Assembly (NCBI GenBank): GCA_035084275.1
Contig: CM068769.1
Coordinates: forward strand, 434,001 to 498,000
Source of the DNA: Hydrolagus colliei
Taxonomy: Eukaryota
DNA length: 64,000 nucleotides
Direction of reading: 5' to 3'
The translations under genes were made by a program, and so were the position numbers. Below are positions 36,801-49,600 of this stretch, piece by piece. The notes below the pieces were generated by a model. It had not been told where the DNA came from. It made no database searches and saw only the letters and a program-made list of their open reading frames with translations. Position 1 is the first letter of the stretch; each line of letters starts with the position of its first letter.

Positions 36801-37539
36801 ACTTCTGGAGCGCCTTTCACGTCGGGAGGACGTCCCAAGGCGCTGCACAAGAGGCGTGTGACCCGAGCTGGGAGGGGAGTGTTTGGTGAAACCAGAGATA
36901 GAGACACACATCACACACACACGATAGCGAGAGAGGCAATGCACTGGACATTGTGGCTGTACCTGTAGCTGGAAGCGACGTGGCAGGCCGTGAGGGAAGG
37001 TAGATTTGAGGTCACTGGGTGGGATGGTGTAGTGCAGCCCCTCGTGGAGTGGCTGGTGATTTGCCTGCGAATAAACCCCGCGTTACACTATCATTTAACA
37101 CTGTCACTGCACAGCGGAGCTTTCCAACCCAGAGATACACACGGTGCAGGGCGTGTCACGTGTTTTGTACGTGTGCTTGTTGGCATTGTGTGTGGTGTGT
37201 ATGTGTGTTGTGCGCGCGTGACTTACAGGATCTGTTTGGCTGGTCCTGAACACAGCTCTGGGAGTTTCTGTGGCTGTGTCCCTCTGCACCGCGGCATGCG
37301 CCTCCCACAAGCGGGGGCTGCAGTGAAGAAGACGGGCACGGCAGGCCTGGGGGCAAACAGCAAACAAGAACATTGCCTTTGCAAACAGCCGCAGGATCTT
37401 TAACAGGCGCTTGAGCAGGTAAGGAACACACGTCCTCCCAACGTGAATACGCAGTGTCAATGTTACATTGGATAATTCGCACAGGACTCACCGTTGTAGC
37501 AAACTTGGCCATTTTCCTCAGACTGTCCAGCGGCATCAT
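30883..37539 (-). CDS. DAP3: Death-associated protein 3 / mitochondrial ribosomal protein mS29, 398 aa, intact
   Basis: Coding exons: 37539-37492, 37346-37227, 37064-36963, 36489-36381, 36245-36153, 35368-35238, 34998-34918, 34463-34305, 33935-33876, 32704-32615, 31331-31214, 30968-30883. These sum to 1197 nt, all GT-AG and in phase. Motifs include [17 protein letters not shown], Walker [49 protein letters not shown] and [11 protein letters not shown]. Confidence 0.96.
31790..32465 (+). mobile_element. L2 LINE 3' fragment in a DAP3 intron
   Basis: [45 protein letters not shown], the family 3' end and a (TTG)n tail. Confidence 0.85.
32835..33725. mobile_element. hAT MITE (same family as 19098-19721), 8-bp TSD GCAGACAC
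   Basis: Runs TAGGGTCCGTCGAT...ATCGCCGGACCCTA. GCAGACAC is at 32827-32834 and 33726-33733. The internal C-rich minisatellite is expanded relative to the other copy. Confidence 0.9.
35400..35790 (+). mobile_element. L2 LINE 3' fragment
   Basis: [19 protein letters not shown] and [15 protein letters not shown] motifs. Confidence 0.75.
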
Positions 37540-37609
37540 TCCTGCAACACACACAGAGGCCACTTCATTCCAGCTGCTGTGTAACTGCATTATTTACCTC
37601 CAAGACAAC

Positions 37610-38152
37610 ATGAGTCTCCCCCCTGGCACAGTGTCACAAAATCCAGCTTATCCAAATCTCTGCCGCCCGCATACTCACCCGCTCTTAGCTTCGCTCCCCC
37701 GTTACCCCAGTTCTTGCCAGACTGCACTGTCTCCCTATTCCAGAGAGGATCGATTTCAAGATCCTCATCCTTGTTTTCAAATCCCTCCACTCCTCTGCAC
37801 CCCCCTATCTCTCTGATCTCCTCTCCCCACAACTCAGCACCCGCTGCCTTCTCTCCTCAGGGTCTGGCCTCCTCCATGTCTCCCCGAGTCCTCCGCTCCA
37901 CCCTCGGTGGCCGTGCCTTTAGCCACTATGCCCCGAGGCTCTGGAACTCCCTTCCTCACTCGCTTCGCCTCACCCCCTGTCTTCCCAGTTTCAGGTCACA
38001 GCTGAAGACCTTTCTCTTCGACCGAGCGTTTGGTCACCTTCCTGCCCCTGTCCCTGGCTCAGTCCCGGGATCCGCTACTGTGAAGCGCTCTGAGACGCCG
38101 TCCAGCGTGCAGGCCGCTATATAAATTGAAGTTGTTGTTGTTGTTGTTGTTG
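37610..38152 (+). mobile_element. L2 LINE 3' fragment
   Basis: STLGGRAFSHYAPRLWNSLP and [15 protein letters not shown] motifs, with a (GTT)n tail. Confidence 0.8.
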
Positions 38153-38499
38153 TAATAAAATAAAAATATTAATTTGGTAACTCAATCCACATCGCTTTGT
38201 TAGACACAGAGGACTGTGAGACACGAAGGACTGTGTGTGTCACTCACTGTCTGTGAGTATATCTCATGCTCTAAAGAGGACTTTTGTCTCTCTCTCTATG
38301 TAGGTGACCCTCAGTAATGTAAAACATATGAAGAGCCAGACAGACAGAGAGGCCTGTATGAGACAGAGACAGAGAGAGACCTCTCTACAGATATAGTCTC
38401 ACGCATACACTCTCACAGAGACACATACACACAGGCCTCGCACAAACACACCGAGAAACACACACACAAAGCCATCTGTCTCTCATTCTCTGTCGCTCT

Positions 38500-41400
38500 C
38501 TCTCTCTCTGACACACAGGGCGAGGGAGACACACACACATACACATACAGGCCTCTGTCACACACAACTAGACATTTACACACTCACAACAACATTTCAA
38601 TTCCCCCCCCAACCCTCTAACAAACACATAGGGAAACACACACAGGCAGACACACACACACAGGGAGACACACACACACCACACAGAGACATACACAAAC
38701 ACACAGGGAGACGCATACACACACACAGGGAGACACACACACACACACATAGGGAGACATACACACACACACACATAGGGAGACATACACACACACAGGG
38801 AGACACACACACACATAAACACACACAGGGAGACACACACACACACAAAGGGGACACACACACACATAAGGACACACACACAGGGACACACACACACAGG
38901 GAGACACACACACATAGGGAGACATACACACACAGGGAGACACACACACACACATAGACACACACAGGGAGACACACACACACACACAGGGAGACACACA
39001 CACACATAAGGACACAAACACACACAGGGAGACACACACACACAAAAACACACACAGGGAGACACACACACACACAAAGGGGACACACACACACATAAGG
39101 ACACACACACAGGGACACACACACACAGGGAGACACACACACATAGGGAGACATACACACACAGGGAGACACACACACACACAGACACACACAGGGAGAC
39201 ACACACACACACACAGGGAGACACACACACACATAAGGACACAAACACACAGGGAGACACACACACACAGGGAGACACACACACAGGGAGACATACACAC
39301 ACAGGGAGACACACACACACACACACACACACACAGGGAGACACACACATAAACACACACAGGGAGACACACACAGGGAGACACACGCACACATAAGGAC
39401 ACAAACACACACAGGGAGACAAACACACACACAGGGAGACACACACACACACAGGGAGACACACACACACACAGGGAGACACACACCCACATAAGGACAC
39501 ACACACACACAGGGAGACACACACACACACACAGGGAGACACACAAAAACACACAGGGAGACACACACACACAGGGAGACCCCCACACACACACACAGGG
39601 AGACACACACACACATAAGGACACAAACACACACAGGGAGACACACACACACACAGGGAGACACACACACACACACAGGGAGACACACACCCACATAAGG
39701 ACACACACACACAGAGAGACACACACACAGGGAGACACACACACACAGGGAGACACACACACACACACATAAACACACACAGGGAGACACACACACACAG
39801 GGAGACAAACACACACACAGGGAGACACACACACACACAGGGAGACACACATACACACAGGGAGACACACACACAGGGAGACACACACACACACACACAT
39901 AAACACACACACAGGGAGACACACACACACACAGGGAGACACACACCCACATAAGGACACACACACACAGGGAGACACACACACACAGGGAGACACACAC
40001 NNNNNNNNNNNNNNNNNNNNNNNNNNNNNNNNNNNNNNNNNNNNNNNNNNNNNNNNNNNNNNNNNNNNNNNNNNNNNNNNNNNNNNNNNNNNNNNNNNNN
40101 NNNNNNNNNNNNNNNNNNNNNNNNNNNNNNNNNNNNNNNNNNNNNNNNNNNNNNNNNNNNNNNNNNNNNNNNNNNGAGACACACACACACAAGGAGACGC
40201 ACACACACACAGGGAGACAAACACACACACACACACACAGGGAGACACACACCCACATAAGGACACACACACACAGGGAGACACACATACACACAGGGAG
40301 ACACACACACAGGGAGACACACACACACACATAAACACACACACAGGGAGACACACACACACACAGGGAGACACACACACACAGGGAGACACACACACAC
40401 ACATAAACACACACAGGGAGACACACACACAGGGAGACACACACCCACATAAGGACACACACACACACAGGGAGACACACATATACACAGGGAGACACAC
40501 ACACACACAGGGAGACACACACACACAGGGAGAGACACACACGCACACACAGGGAGACACACACACACACACAGGGAGACACACACACACAGGGAGACAC
40601 ACACACAGGGAGACACACACACACACACAGGGAGACACACACACACACACACAGGGAGACACACACATACAGGGAGACACACACACACACACAGGGAGAC
40701 ACACACCCACATAAGGACACACACACACACAGGGAGACACAGGGAGACACNNNNNNNNNNNNNNNNNNNNNNNNNNNNNNNNNNNNNNNNNNNNNNNNNN
40801 NNNNNNNNNNNNNNNNNNNNNNNNNNNNNNNNNNNNNNNNNNNNNNNNNNNNNNNNNNNNNNNNNNNNNNNNNNNNNNNNNNNNNNNNNNNNNNNNNNNN
40901 NNNNNNNNNNNNNNNNNNNNNNNNNNNNNNNNNNACACAGGGAGACACCCACACCCACATAAGGACACACACACACACAGGGAGACNNNNNNNNNNNNNN
41001 NNNNNNNNNNNNNNNNNNNNNNNNNNNNNNNNNNNNNNNNNNNNNNNNNNNNNNNNNNNNNNNNNNNNNNNNNNNNNNNNNNNNNNNNNNNNNNNNNNNN
41101 NNNNNNNNNNNNNNNNNNNNNNNNNNNCACACAGGGAGACACACACACAGGGACACACACACACACAGGGAGACACACACACACACATAAACACACACAG
41201 GGAGACACACACACACACAGGGAGACACACGCACACATAAGTACACAAACACACACAGGGAGACAAACACACACACAGGGAGACACACACATACAGGGAG
41301 ACACACACACACACATAAACACACACAGGGAGACACACATACACACAGGGAGACACGCACACACACGGAGACACACACACACACAGGGAGACACACGCAC

Positions 41401-42200
41401 ACATAAGTACACAAACACACACAGGGAGACAAACACACACACAGGGAGACACACACACACACACATAAACACACACAGGGAGACACCCACCCACACAGGG
41501 AGACACACATACACACAGGGAGACACGCACACACACGGAGACACACACACACACAGGGAGACACACACACACAGGGAGACACACACACACAGGGAGAGAC
41601 ACACACACAGGGAGACACACACACACAGGGAGACACACACACACACACACACACACACAGGGAGACACCCACCCACATAAGGACACACACACACACAGGG
41701 AGACACACACACACACACACAGGGAGACACACACACACACAGGGGGAGACACACACACACAGGGAGACACACACACACAGGGAGACACACACACACAGGG
41801 AGACACACACACACACACACACACAGGGAGACACACACCCACACACACACACAGGGAGACACACACCCACATAAGGACACACATACACACACATAAACAC
41901 ACACAGGGAGACACACACACACAGGGAGACAAACACACACACACACACACACAGGGAGAGACACACACATAAACACACACAGGGAGACACACACACAGGG
42001 AGACACACACATAAACACACACACAGGGAGACACACACACAGGGAGACACACACCCACATAAGGACACACACACAGGGAGACACTCACACACACAGGGAG
42101 ACACACATATAGGAAGACAAATACACACAGGGAGACACACAGGTCTCTGTCTCTCACACACACACAGGTCTCTGTCTCTCACACACACACAGACAAACCT
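38500..42200. repeat. About 3.7 kb (CA)n-AGGGAGA compound minisatellite in DAP3 intron 1
   Basis: CACACAGGGAGACACAC units with recurring ATAAGGAC/ATAAAC variants and three N gaps. It is the source of the spurious 1100-1200 aa Val/Cys ORFs. Confidence 0.95.
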
Positions 42201-42245
42201 CACGCAGTTTCCCGCCCACACAGACTGTGTGTATCCATCTCTCAC

Positions 42246-42600
42246 CTTCTCTCTCTTTGTCTCCGCCATCATGGACGCATTGTCTGCAACGTCACCACGT
42301 CAACCCTCTAGTACATCCCGCCCTCCCGTGACGTCAGCACGTCAACACTCGACTGGCTCCCGCCACGCGATGACGTCAGCTAGTCTCCTCTGTCTTCCTC
42401 TGAGAAGGACAGAAGCGCCTCCATGGCAACCAGTGATTGACAGGAGAGGAAGAGAGACACGCCCATCTTCTCCCTGGTCACACATGATTGACAGGAGAGG
42501 GAGAGAGACACGCCTACCTTCTCCATGGTTACAAATGATTTACAGGAGAGAGAGAGACATGCCCACCTTCTCATTAGTACCAAATGATTGACAGGAGAGA
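42246..42600 (-). promoter_or_regulatory. Probable DAP3 first (5' UTR) exon and CpG promoter
   Basis: Donor AAG|gtgaga at 42246/42245, a YY1-like CCGCCATC at 42263-42270, a GC box at about 42317, two CRE palindromes TGACGTCA (42329-42336, 42371-42378), and four TGATT(G/T)ACAG decamers. Confidence 0.65.
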
Positions 42601-42620
42601 GAGACAGAGAACAATATAAG

Positions 42621-42840
42621 AATAATAATAATAATAATAATCCTTGCATTTGATATAGAGCTTTTCACATCTTATCGACATCCCAAAGCGCTTCACAGAA
42701 TATATTGTAAAGATAATTATTATTAGGCGTGTGCGTGGAGTAAGGAAGCTGGCCCAAAGTTTCCCCCTGACCAGCCTTGATTCAAACACAGGTCTCCCCA
42801 GCTTGGAAGACAAGTGCTCTAACCACGGAGCCACAGGAGC
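42621..42840 (-). mobile_element. tRNA-derived SINE with an internal deletion
   Basis: The head (GCTCCTGTGGCTCCGTGGTTAGAGC) is joined directly to the family 3' tail. Confidence 0.75.
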
Positions 42841-44295
42841 TCCTCTGACAGTGTCCCTTTGGATGTCGCTATAGAGGTGCAAATTGCTGTTTTACGTTGT
42901 TATTTTTATGATTAATTTTATTTTTGTTACTGTTATTATATGATGATTATATAACTACAGTATTACACTAGTGCACTATTTTATGGTGTTATATAGAGGT
43001 ATTATATGTTACTATTTCTAGTATATTTCTATAATAATAATCCTTGCAATTCATATAGTGCTTTTCACATATTCTAGGCATCTCAAAGCGCTTCCCAGAA
43101 TATTCTGTAAGGTGAATTGACAGACACACAAACAGACAGACAGGTAGGCATGTAGCCAGGCAAACAAGCAATTTTTGTTTGCTATTGTTTTTTTTTGCTA
43201 TTTTGTTTGCTATTGTGCAGAGAGTGAAACATTTTCAGATGTTCTGATGACCTGATGAGGTAAATGTGAAAATATCTATATCTATGGACATCTGTTTTCA
43301 CAGCTCACACCCTTGATGTCACCAATACCTCCTCTTGCAGCTTCTTACAGAATGTCTCTTTATAGATATTCTCTTTTCGTTAATTTCCTTCAAAGAAACT
43401 AAAATCTTAAATGATGGGATTACAAGTGAGGATTGAACTTTGGGTCAGTGTGAGGATTTAGGTCAGATTTAGGATTAGGGTCAAGGATCGGGTCAGGAAT
43501 AGCATTGAGGTGTTAGAGTTAGCGGCCAGGTTGACCTTGGGGTCAGTAGTAGGATTACATGTCAGGGCTAGGGCCAGGATTAGGGTTATGGACACCTGGA
43601 CATCCCGGTTAGGATCTGTATGATGTCTAGCGTCAGGTGTATGCTCAGGATTAGAGTCAGGGTTACCGTAATGATTAGAGATTCGAATAGGGCTAGGGTC
43701 AGGTTTGGCGTCAGGTTTATGATACGGTTTAGGACAACGGTTAGGCCTAGGGTCGGTACAGTATTGTGCTCTGGTTGAGGATGAGGTTTAGGATTATGGT
43801 GAGGTTAGGCCTTAAGGGCTTGAGCGGCTCTCGCAGGGCAATGAGAGATTAGAATCCATGATGCTCTGTGGGCCTGGTTTTAACAATTAATTATATTTAT
43901 TTTGTTGATGTATATTTTGTTGTTCTTGTATACAAATCATATGATATTACCTTTTTGCCCACAACTACACATTCGATTCAATTTACAATTTATTCTGTGA
44001 AGCGTTTTAAGACACCAGGAAAGCGCTATATTATTATTATTATTATTGTATTCAGCTTGCAGCTAATTATCACAAATATCTGCTCCCACTGTGGCCATCA
44101 AAAGAACTGACAAGACTAAGACTGAGTAGTAGTTCCATGGTGTGTGTTTAAAACAGAAAAATGTGGGATGTGCTGCAGGGAATATAACAAGGGGAGAAGG
44201 TGTACGTGCAGTTGTGCGCAGACTAGGGAGAGGGGCTTCACAAGCATTAGGATAATTATACATTTTTGACAAGTTTAGCTCAATCTCCCACTTTA

Positions 44296-44610
44296 AGTGG
44301 AGTCCTGTATCTCAGAGGTTAGATCACCTACATTGCAAGTGAGAGAGCTGGGTTCAATTCCCGGCAGATTAGGGCGAAACCTTGGGCAAGTTTCCTTACT
44401 CCACACGCCTGATAATAACCCCTCAAAAAATTTAATAATAATTGGTTTATTTCTATCCATATCTGCTTGCGGGCACAGCTGTGTGCAAGTAGCTGCTGCA
44501 TTTTGCCCACAAATGTACAGTTAATTCACTTTACGATATATTCTGTGAACTATTTTGAGACTACTAGCATACATGCTAAGGCGCTATATCTAATGCAATA
44601 ATAATTATTA
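44296..44610 (+). mobile_element. tRNA-derived SINE (older copy)
   Basis: Head with GGTTCAATTCC, plus the family body and tail. Confidence 0.65.
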
Positions 44611-45789
44611 TTAAAATTGGGTGACATATGCGTTGCTTCCTTAATCAATGAGAAAAATCCACTTTGATTCTGAATAATATATTGTCTGATATATTGAATA
44701 CTCCTCAGAAAGATCTTCAAGATGGGATGAAGCACTTTATCAAATGCAATTGCTGATAATATTATTAGCAAAAAGTAGATTGGGGATTCGAGGCATATTT
44801 AGCGTTCAGCTAAAAATAATTTTTGAATGTAAATATTTGAGCCCCTTTGGAAGAGGTTGGTGCTTCATTTCTGGTGATGTTGCTCAGCTAAAACCACAAC
44901 AGTGGTTCAGCTACATATCAGCCTTTTGCTCTGATGCACTTTGTTCAACATTAACCTTTTCATACAACTTGAAATGAGCTGATATGGATTCTAACATGTA
45001 CAGAATCTCCCTTCTGTTTTAAACAACATTGTTACTGACTCTATAACATCTGTCATCCACATGGCAAAAACTGGACCTCAATTTTATCATCTCACATGAG
45101 AGGCTCAGAGAAACAGAGTGACTGGGTGGCAGATAGACGTGGAAACTGTCTGTATTGGAGACTCTATGCTTGACAAAGAGAGAGAGAGAGAAAGAGATAT
45201 AAAATGAATCAATGTTGTAGATTGAATGCCACAGTGTGAATAAGAGAGTGACTAAGATTGTGAGATGCTCAGGGGGAGAGAGAAAGTCTGAGGGTTTGAG
45301 AGAAACAGTGTGTGAGAGAAAGATTGCGAGTTAGATAGATACAGAGAATGGAAGTGCAAAAGACACTGAGTATGTTTGTGTGAGAGATAGATGGAGAGAT
45401 TGGAAGAGGGGTAGAGAAATAGAGTCAGAAAGACAGACAGAAGCGGTTTTGTTTGCTATTGTGCAGACTGTGGAGCGTTTTGGCAAGCTCTGATAAATGA
45501 TTAGGTAAATGTGAAAATATCTCGATAGAGTGGAATCACAGAGATGTGTTTTCACAGCCCACACCATCCTTTGTATCACCCTTTCTTACTCTGTTTAATG
45601 TTCAGTTTGTAGGTCAGGTTTAGTTTTGAAGTGAGGTGAGTTTAGGGGTTGATATCCAGTTGAGGCTCAAGGAAAGGCATGTTTAGAATCCTGGATGCCT
45701 TGCATGCTCGATGGTAAAATTAATAATAATATATGCCTGTTAATGACTTTGATGCAACTTGTATAATCCAATACTGTATTGTGGCAATT

Positions 45790-46175
45790 CACGGCCTTGC
45801 CTCCACCTATCTCTCCAACCTGCTGTCTCTCTATCAGCCTGCCCATCCCCTCCGCTCAGCAGGATCTGGCCTGCTCCACGTCCATCGCCCTAACCACCCC
45901 ACCATTGGTGGCCGGGCTTTCAGCCTCTCTGCTCCTGCACTGAGCTCCATCCCACAATCCCTTCGACTCTCTTCTTCTGTTTCCTCCTTGAAGGCTGATC
46001 TCAATAACTTCCATTTCAACCCTGCCTTCTGCTCCCCTGCTAACGCTTCCACCTCTCTGACTCTCCTTCCCGTTCCCCCAACCCTTCCCCGCTGCTCGGG
46101 TCCCGACCTGACTGTTCAGCCCCTTGGGACGTCCTCCCGACGTGAAAAGCGCTCTAAATATAACTTTGTTGTTGT
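45790..46175 (+). mobile_element. L2 LINE 3' fragment
   Basis: [14 protein letters not shown] motif and GGGACGTCCTCCCGACGTGAAAAGCGCT 3' end. Confidence 0.75.
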
Positions 46176-46423
46176 GTTAACCTTGCAGTTTGAAAGGCAG
46201 AAATATCTGCTTCCCCTGTGGCCACCCGTGGTTAATGCAGTATGGAGACTGTCTGATTGAAATGATCTGAAAAGCTGACAAGAGAGCAGGATTGGGGAAC
46301 TCTCAAGTTAACTCTTTATTACTCACAGGAACACAGAGGCCTGCACAGGTACAGCGCAATAGTGGACACATGTTGCCTTATTTGTCATGATTTTGCAAAT
46401 ATATATTTACTTCAATATTGTTG

Positions 46424-46765
46424 TGGTGTCCTGCAGCTCAGTGGTTAGAGCATTCACCTTACACGCCTGAAACCTGTGTTCGAATCCAGGAAGGGCCACA
46501 CCTTGAGTGGGGGAAAACCTTGGGCGAATGTCTTTACTCCACACACAGACACACACACCTAATAATAGTTTTTCAAACAAACAGTAATAAATTGGTCATT
46601 TCAATCCACAACTATTTGCGGGACACTGCTGTGTATAATTGGCTGCTACATTTAGCCCATCTTTATTCAGAAATGTCATATTACAGTGTATTCTGTGAAC
46701 CTCTTTAAGATGTCTAGAATATGTGAATAGTGCTGTATCAAATGCAAGGATTATTATAATATTAT
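46424..46765 (+). mobile_element. tRNA-derived SINE
   Basis: Head GCAGCTCAGTGGTTAGAGC...GTTCGAATCC followed by the SINE body, so it is not a free tRNA. Confidence 0.7.
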
Positions 46766-49069
46766 ATTTACAGGTGTGATATCACAGCATTTCACGGATA
46801 TTATAATTAGTATGAGTAGTCCGAGTAATGAATGATGGAGTTCATATATTCCCTTTGAAAATAAATTTACTGATTAAAGATGGCATGTCCATCTTTCAAT
46901 AAAAGTAAAATAATACTTGTTCCATTTCCTGTTAAGCTGTTAATTATTTGCCAAGTTACTGTTTCTAAAAAACGCTCACCTATTCTCTCCCTTTCCATAA
47001 CTGAGCTGCAGTATTTTTCTAATCCAAACGTTACCAAAACTGGGAGCTTCGGAGTACTGATATAAATGAATTGTCTGTATTGTGGAAGAGGGTAGGTAGG
47101 AGCGAGTAGGGATTTGCAATAGTCCATTGGGCAGACAACGAAGAAATGTGCAGCTGCTGAAAGATCGCAGGGTTAATATCAACTGTGCAGATTCACAGTG
47201 GGCGGGGGTGTAGATGACAGGTGTGCTATTCCAGTAACACACATCATGAGCTCGGCTGCTTTCCTGTGGTCAGTGCAGAGAGACTGTGTATGTCTTATAG
47301 GAAAGTTAGTGTGTGAGGATCATAGAGCTCGTTGATCACCACAAGAGCTCCTGCTGACAACTCAACTGTGTGGTTTATCTCTTATTCTGTGGAAACCAGC
47401 TCCTACTGAAACTTCTCCTCTCTCACCCCCCCCCCCCAAGACCCAGACGCCAGCTTCCACGTACTGCTCCTCTTCAGCTCCCACTGATCCTCAAGATGTT
47501 GCTCCTGATCTGTGAGTATTGTTACTAAACCAATCGCAGAAGCTTCACTTAGTCTCCTGCTCGACTCTCAATTGTCATTCACCCTCTACCACATCTCCGC
47601 CATGGTCCGCTGTGACTTTCTCCAACTTGGCATTGCCCGTCCCACCATTGGGGGTTTAGCCTTCAGCCTCTCTGCCGCCACCAACAGGAACTGAACCCAC
47701 GGTCACTCCGACTCGCTCCCTCCCGTCCCTAGTTCTGGGTACATCTCAAGACTCTCATCTTCAAACATGCAATAGCCCTACACTCACCGCTCTCCACTCC
47801 TCCCTCCTGAACTCAAAAACCAGCTCTAGCTCGGGTGAAAATCTCTTACTGTCAACTTTGGGATGTTGTGTTGTTGTAAAAGGCACAATGCAAATGTAAA
47901 TTTTTTGTTGGCTGAGAAAGAAAAAAGTGGGAGATGAGAGGCAAAGAGAGAATGGAGACAGATCAGACAGGGGAGGATATATAGCAGAGAGGAGAAAATG
48001 TACTGGGAGAAAGGGGTGGAAATGGATAGAGGAGAGTAGGAAGGATAGGGGAGAGAGTGCGAGAATAGATAGCGGAGAGGAGAGAGAAGAGATGGAAACA
48101 AGGGAGAAGAGACAGGAAGAGAGAGGAGAGTGGGGAATAGAGAGAGGAGATAGGGAGGCAGCAGAGCGGAAAATAAATAAAGGAAAAAAATCAGAAGGAA
48201 GAAGAGAAGAGAGAGGACTTTCTGATTCTGGGTTTTCACCAAATATATCATCCCCGAGACGATGTGAGAGACCGAGCAGTTCATTTCCCTGATTGTGTGA
48301 ATGATTGTATTAATAATTCTAGCTTTTATATTTTATATTTTTATTTTTACGTATATCTACATGTTTATTTTTTTCCTTATGCAGTGTTAGTTTTGGAGGG
48401 AATGATGGTGCTATCTGCAGGTCAGTGATCCAATATCACAGCCAGAAGATGCTTATGGAACATCAGCTGCTGAAAACGCATTTTGACCTCTTTTCACCAC
48501 AATATGGGGAGTGACAAGACAAACAATAACAACAAAACTACATATATAAAGCGCTTTGCACATCGGGAGGACATCAAAAGGCGCTGAACAATCAGGTCAG
48601 GATCTGAGCAGGGGGGTGGGAGGGTTGGTTAAGGGGAAGGAGGGTAGGAGGCCAAATGTTGAAGAGGAAGTTCTTGAGACAGGCCTTGAAGGAGGGAAAG
48701 ATGGAGGCGAGGCGAAGGGATTGCGGGATGGAGTTCCAGAGTGTGGGGGCAGAGAGGCTGAAAGCCCATCACGTAATGCACAGCCCACGCGTGTAGACTT
48801 TAATTGCTTAAACCTTATGCTAATTTTTTCCACGATTGTTGGATGCATTTTCTGCCACTTCGTTTCAACACTCTGGAATACTCTTTCTCTATCCCTCCGC
48901 CTTGCGATTTACTTTCACACCTTCGGGTGCCTGAAGCGTGGTCGATCCAAATGCAAGGTGTTCCTGTAGCTGTGTCTGTTGTGTGTCTGGGTTTAGAGTA
49001 GTTGCGTGATAAGGTTCACTTGGGAGCTCAGGAGGGAATTTAGGGGATGGGGGTGGGTGAATGCCTGGG

Positions 49070-49600
49070 AAGAGGCTGTGCCCGAGGGCTGGGCTGTGTC
49101 TGGTGTGAGGTGCTTTGCCTGGGGGAGGGGCTGTGCCTGAGGGAGGGACTTTGCCTGAGGGAGGGGCTTTGCCTGGGAGGAGTGGCTTTGCCTGGGGGGG
49201 AGGGGCTTTGTCTGGGGGAGGGGCTGTGACTGAGGGAGGGGCTTTGCCTGGGGGTGGGGCTGTGTCTGGGGGAAGGGAATTTGCTTGGAGTAGGGGCTGT
49301 GCCTGGGGCAGGGGCTTTGCCGGATCGGGAGAGGCTGTGTCTGCGATAGGGGTTGTGTCTGCGGAAGGTGTTGTGTCTGGTGGGAGGAGCGTTGCCTGGG
49401 GGAAGAGTCTTTGCCTGTGGGGAAGCGGCTGTGTCTGGGGGGAGGTGCTGTGCCTGGGGGCAGTGTTTGTGTTTCGGGGGTGGGGCTGTACCTGGGAGAG
49501 GGTCTGAGTCTGGTGGGATGGGCTGCACATTCAGGGAAGTGCTGTGCCTAGGGGAGGGGCTTTGCCTCCTGTGGTGGTGGGTTGGGAAGGGGGAGAGTTT
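49070..49600. repeat. G-rich minisatellite (CCTGGGGGAGGGGCTTTG-like)
   Basis: Tandem units of about 18 bp that decay into a G-rich region extending to about 50400. Confidence 0.75.

Noticed and set aside
38568-42272. 1100-1230 aa Val/Cys-rich ORFs in three frames
   Set aside because: They are translations of the (CA)n-AGGGAGA minisatellite across N gaps, inside DAP3 intron 1.
46424-46500. tRNA-Val-like sequence (similar heads at 22129, 44296, 58124)
   Set aside because: Each continues into the SINE body, so these are SINE heads rather than tRNA genes.
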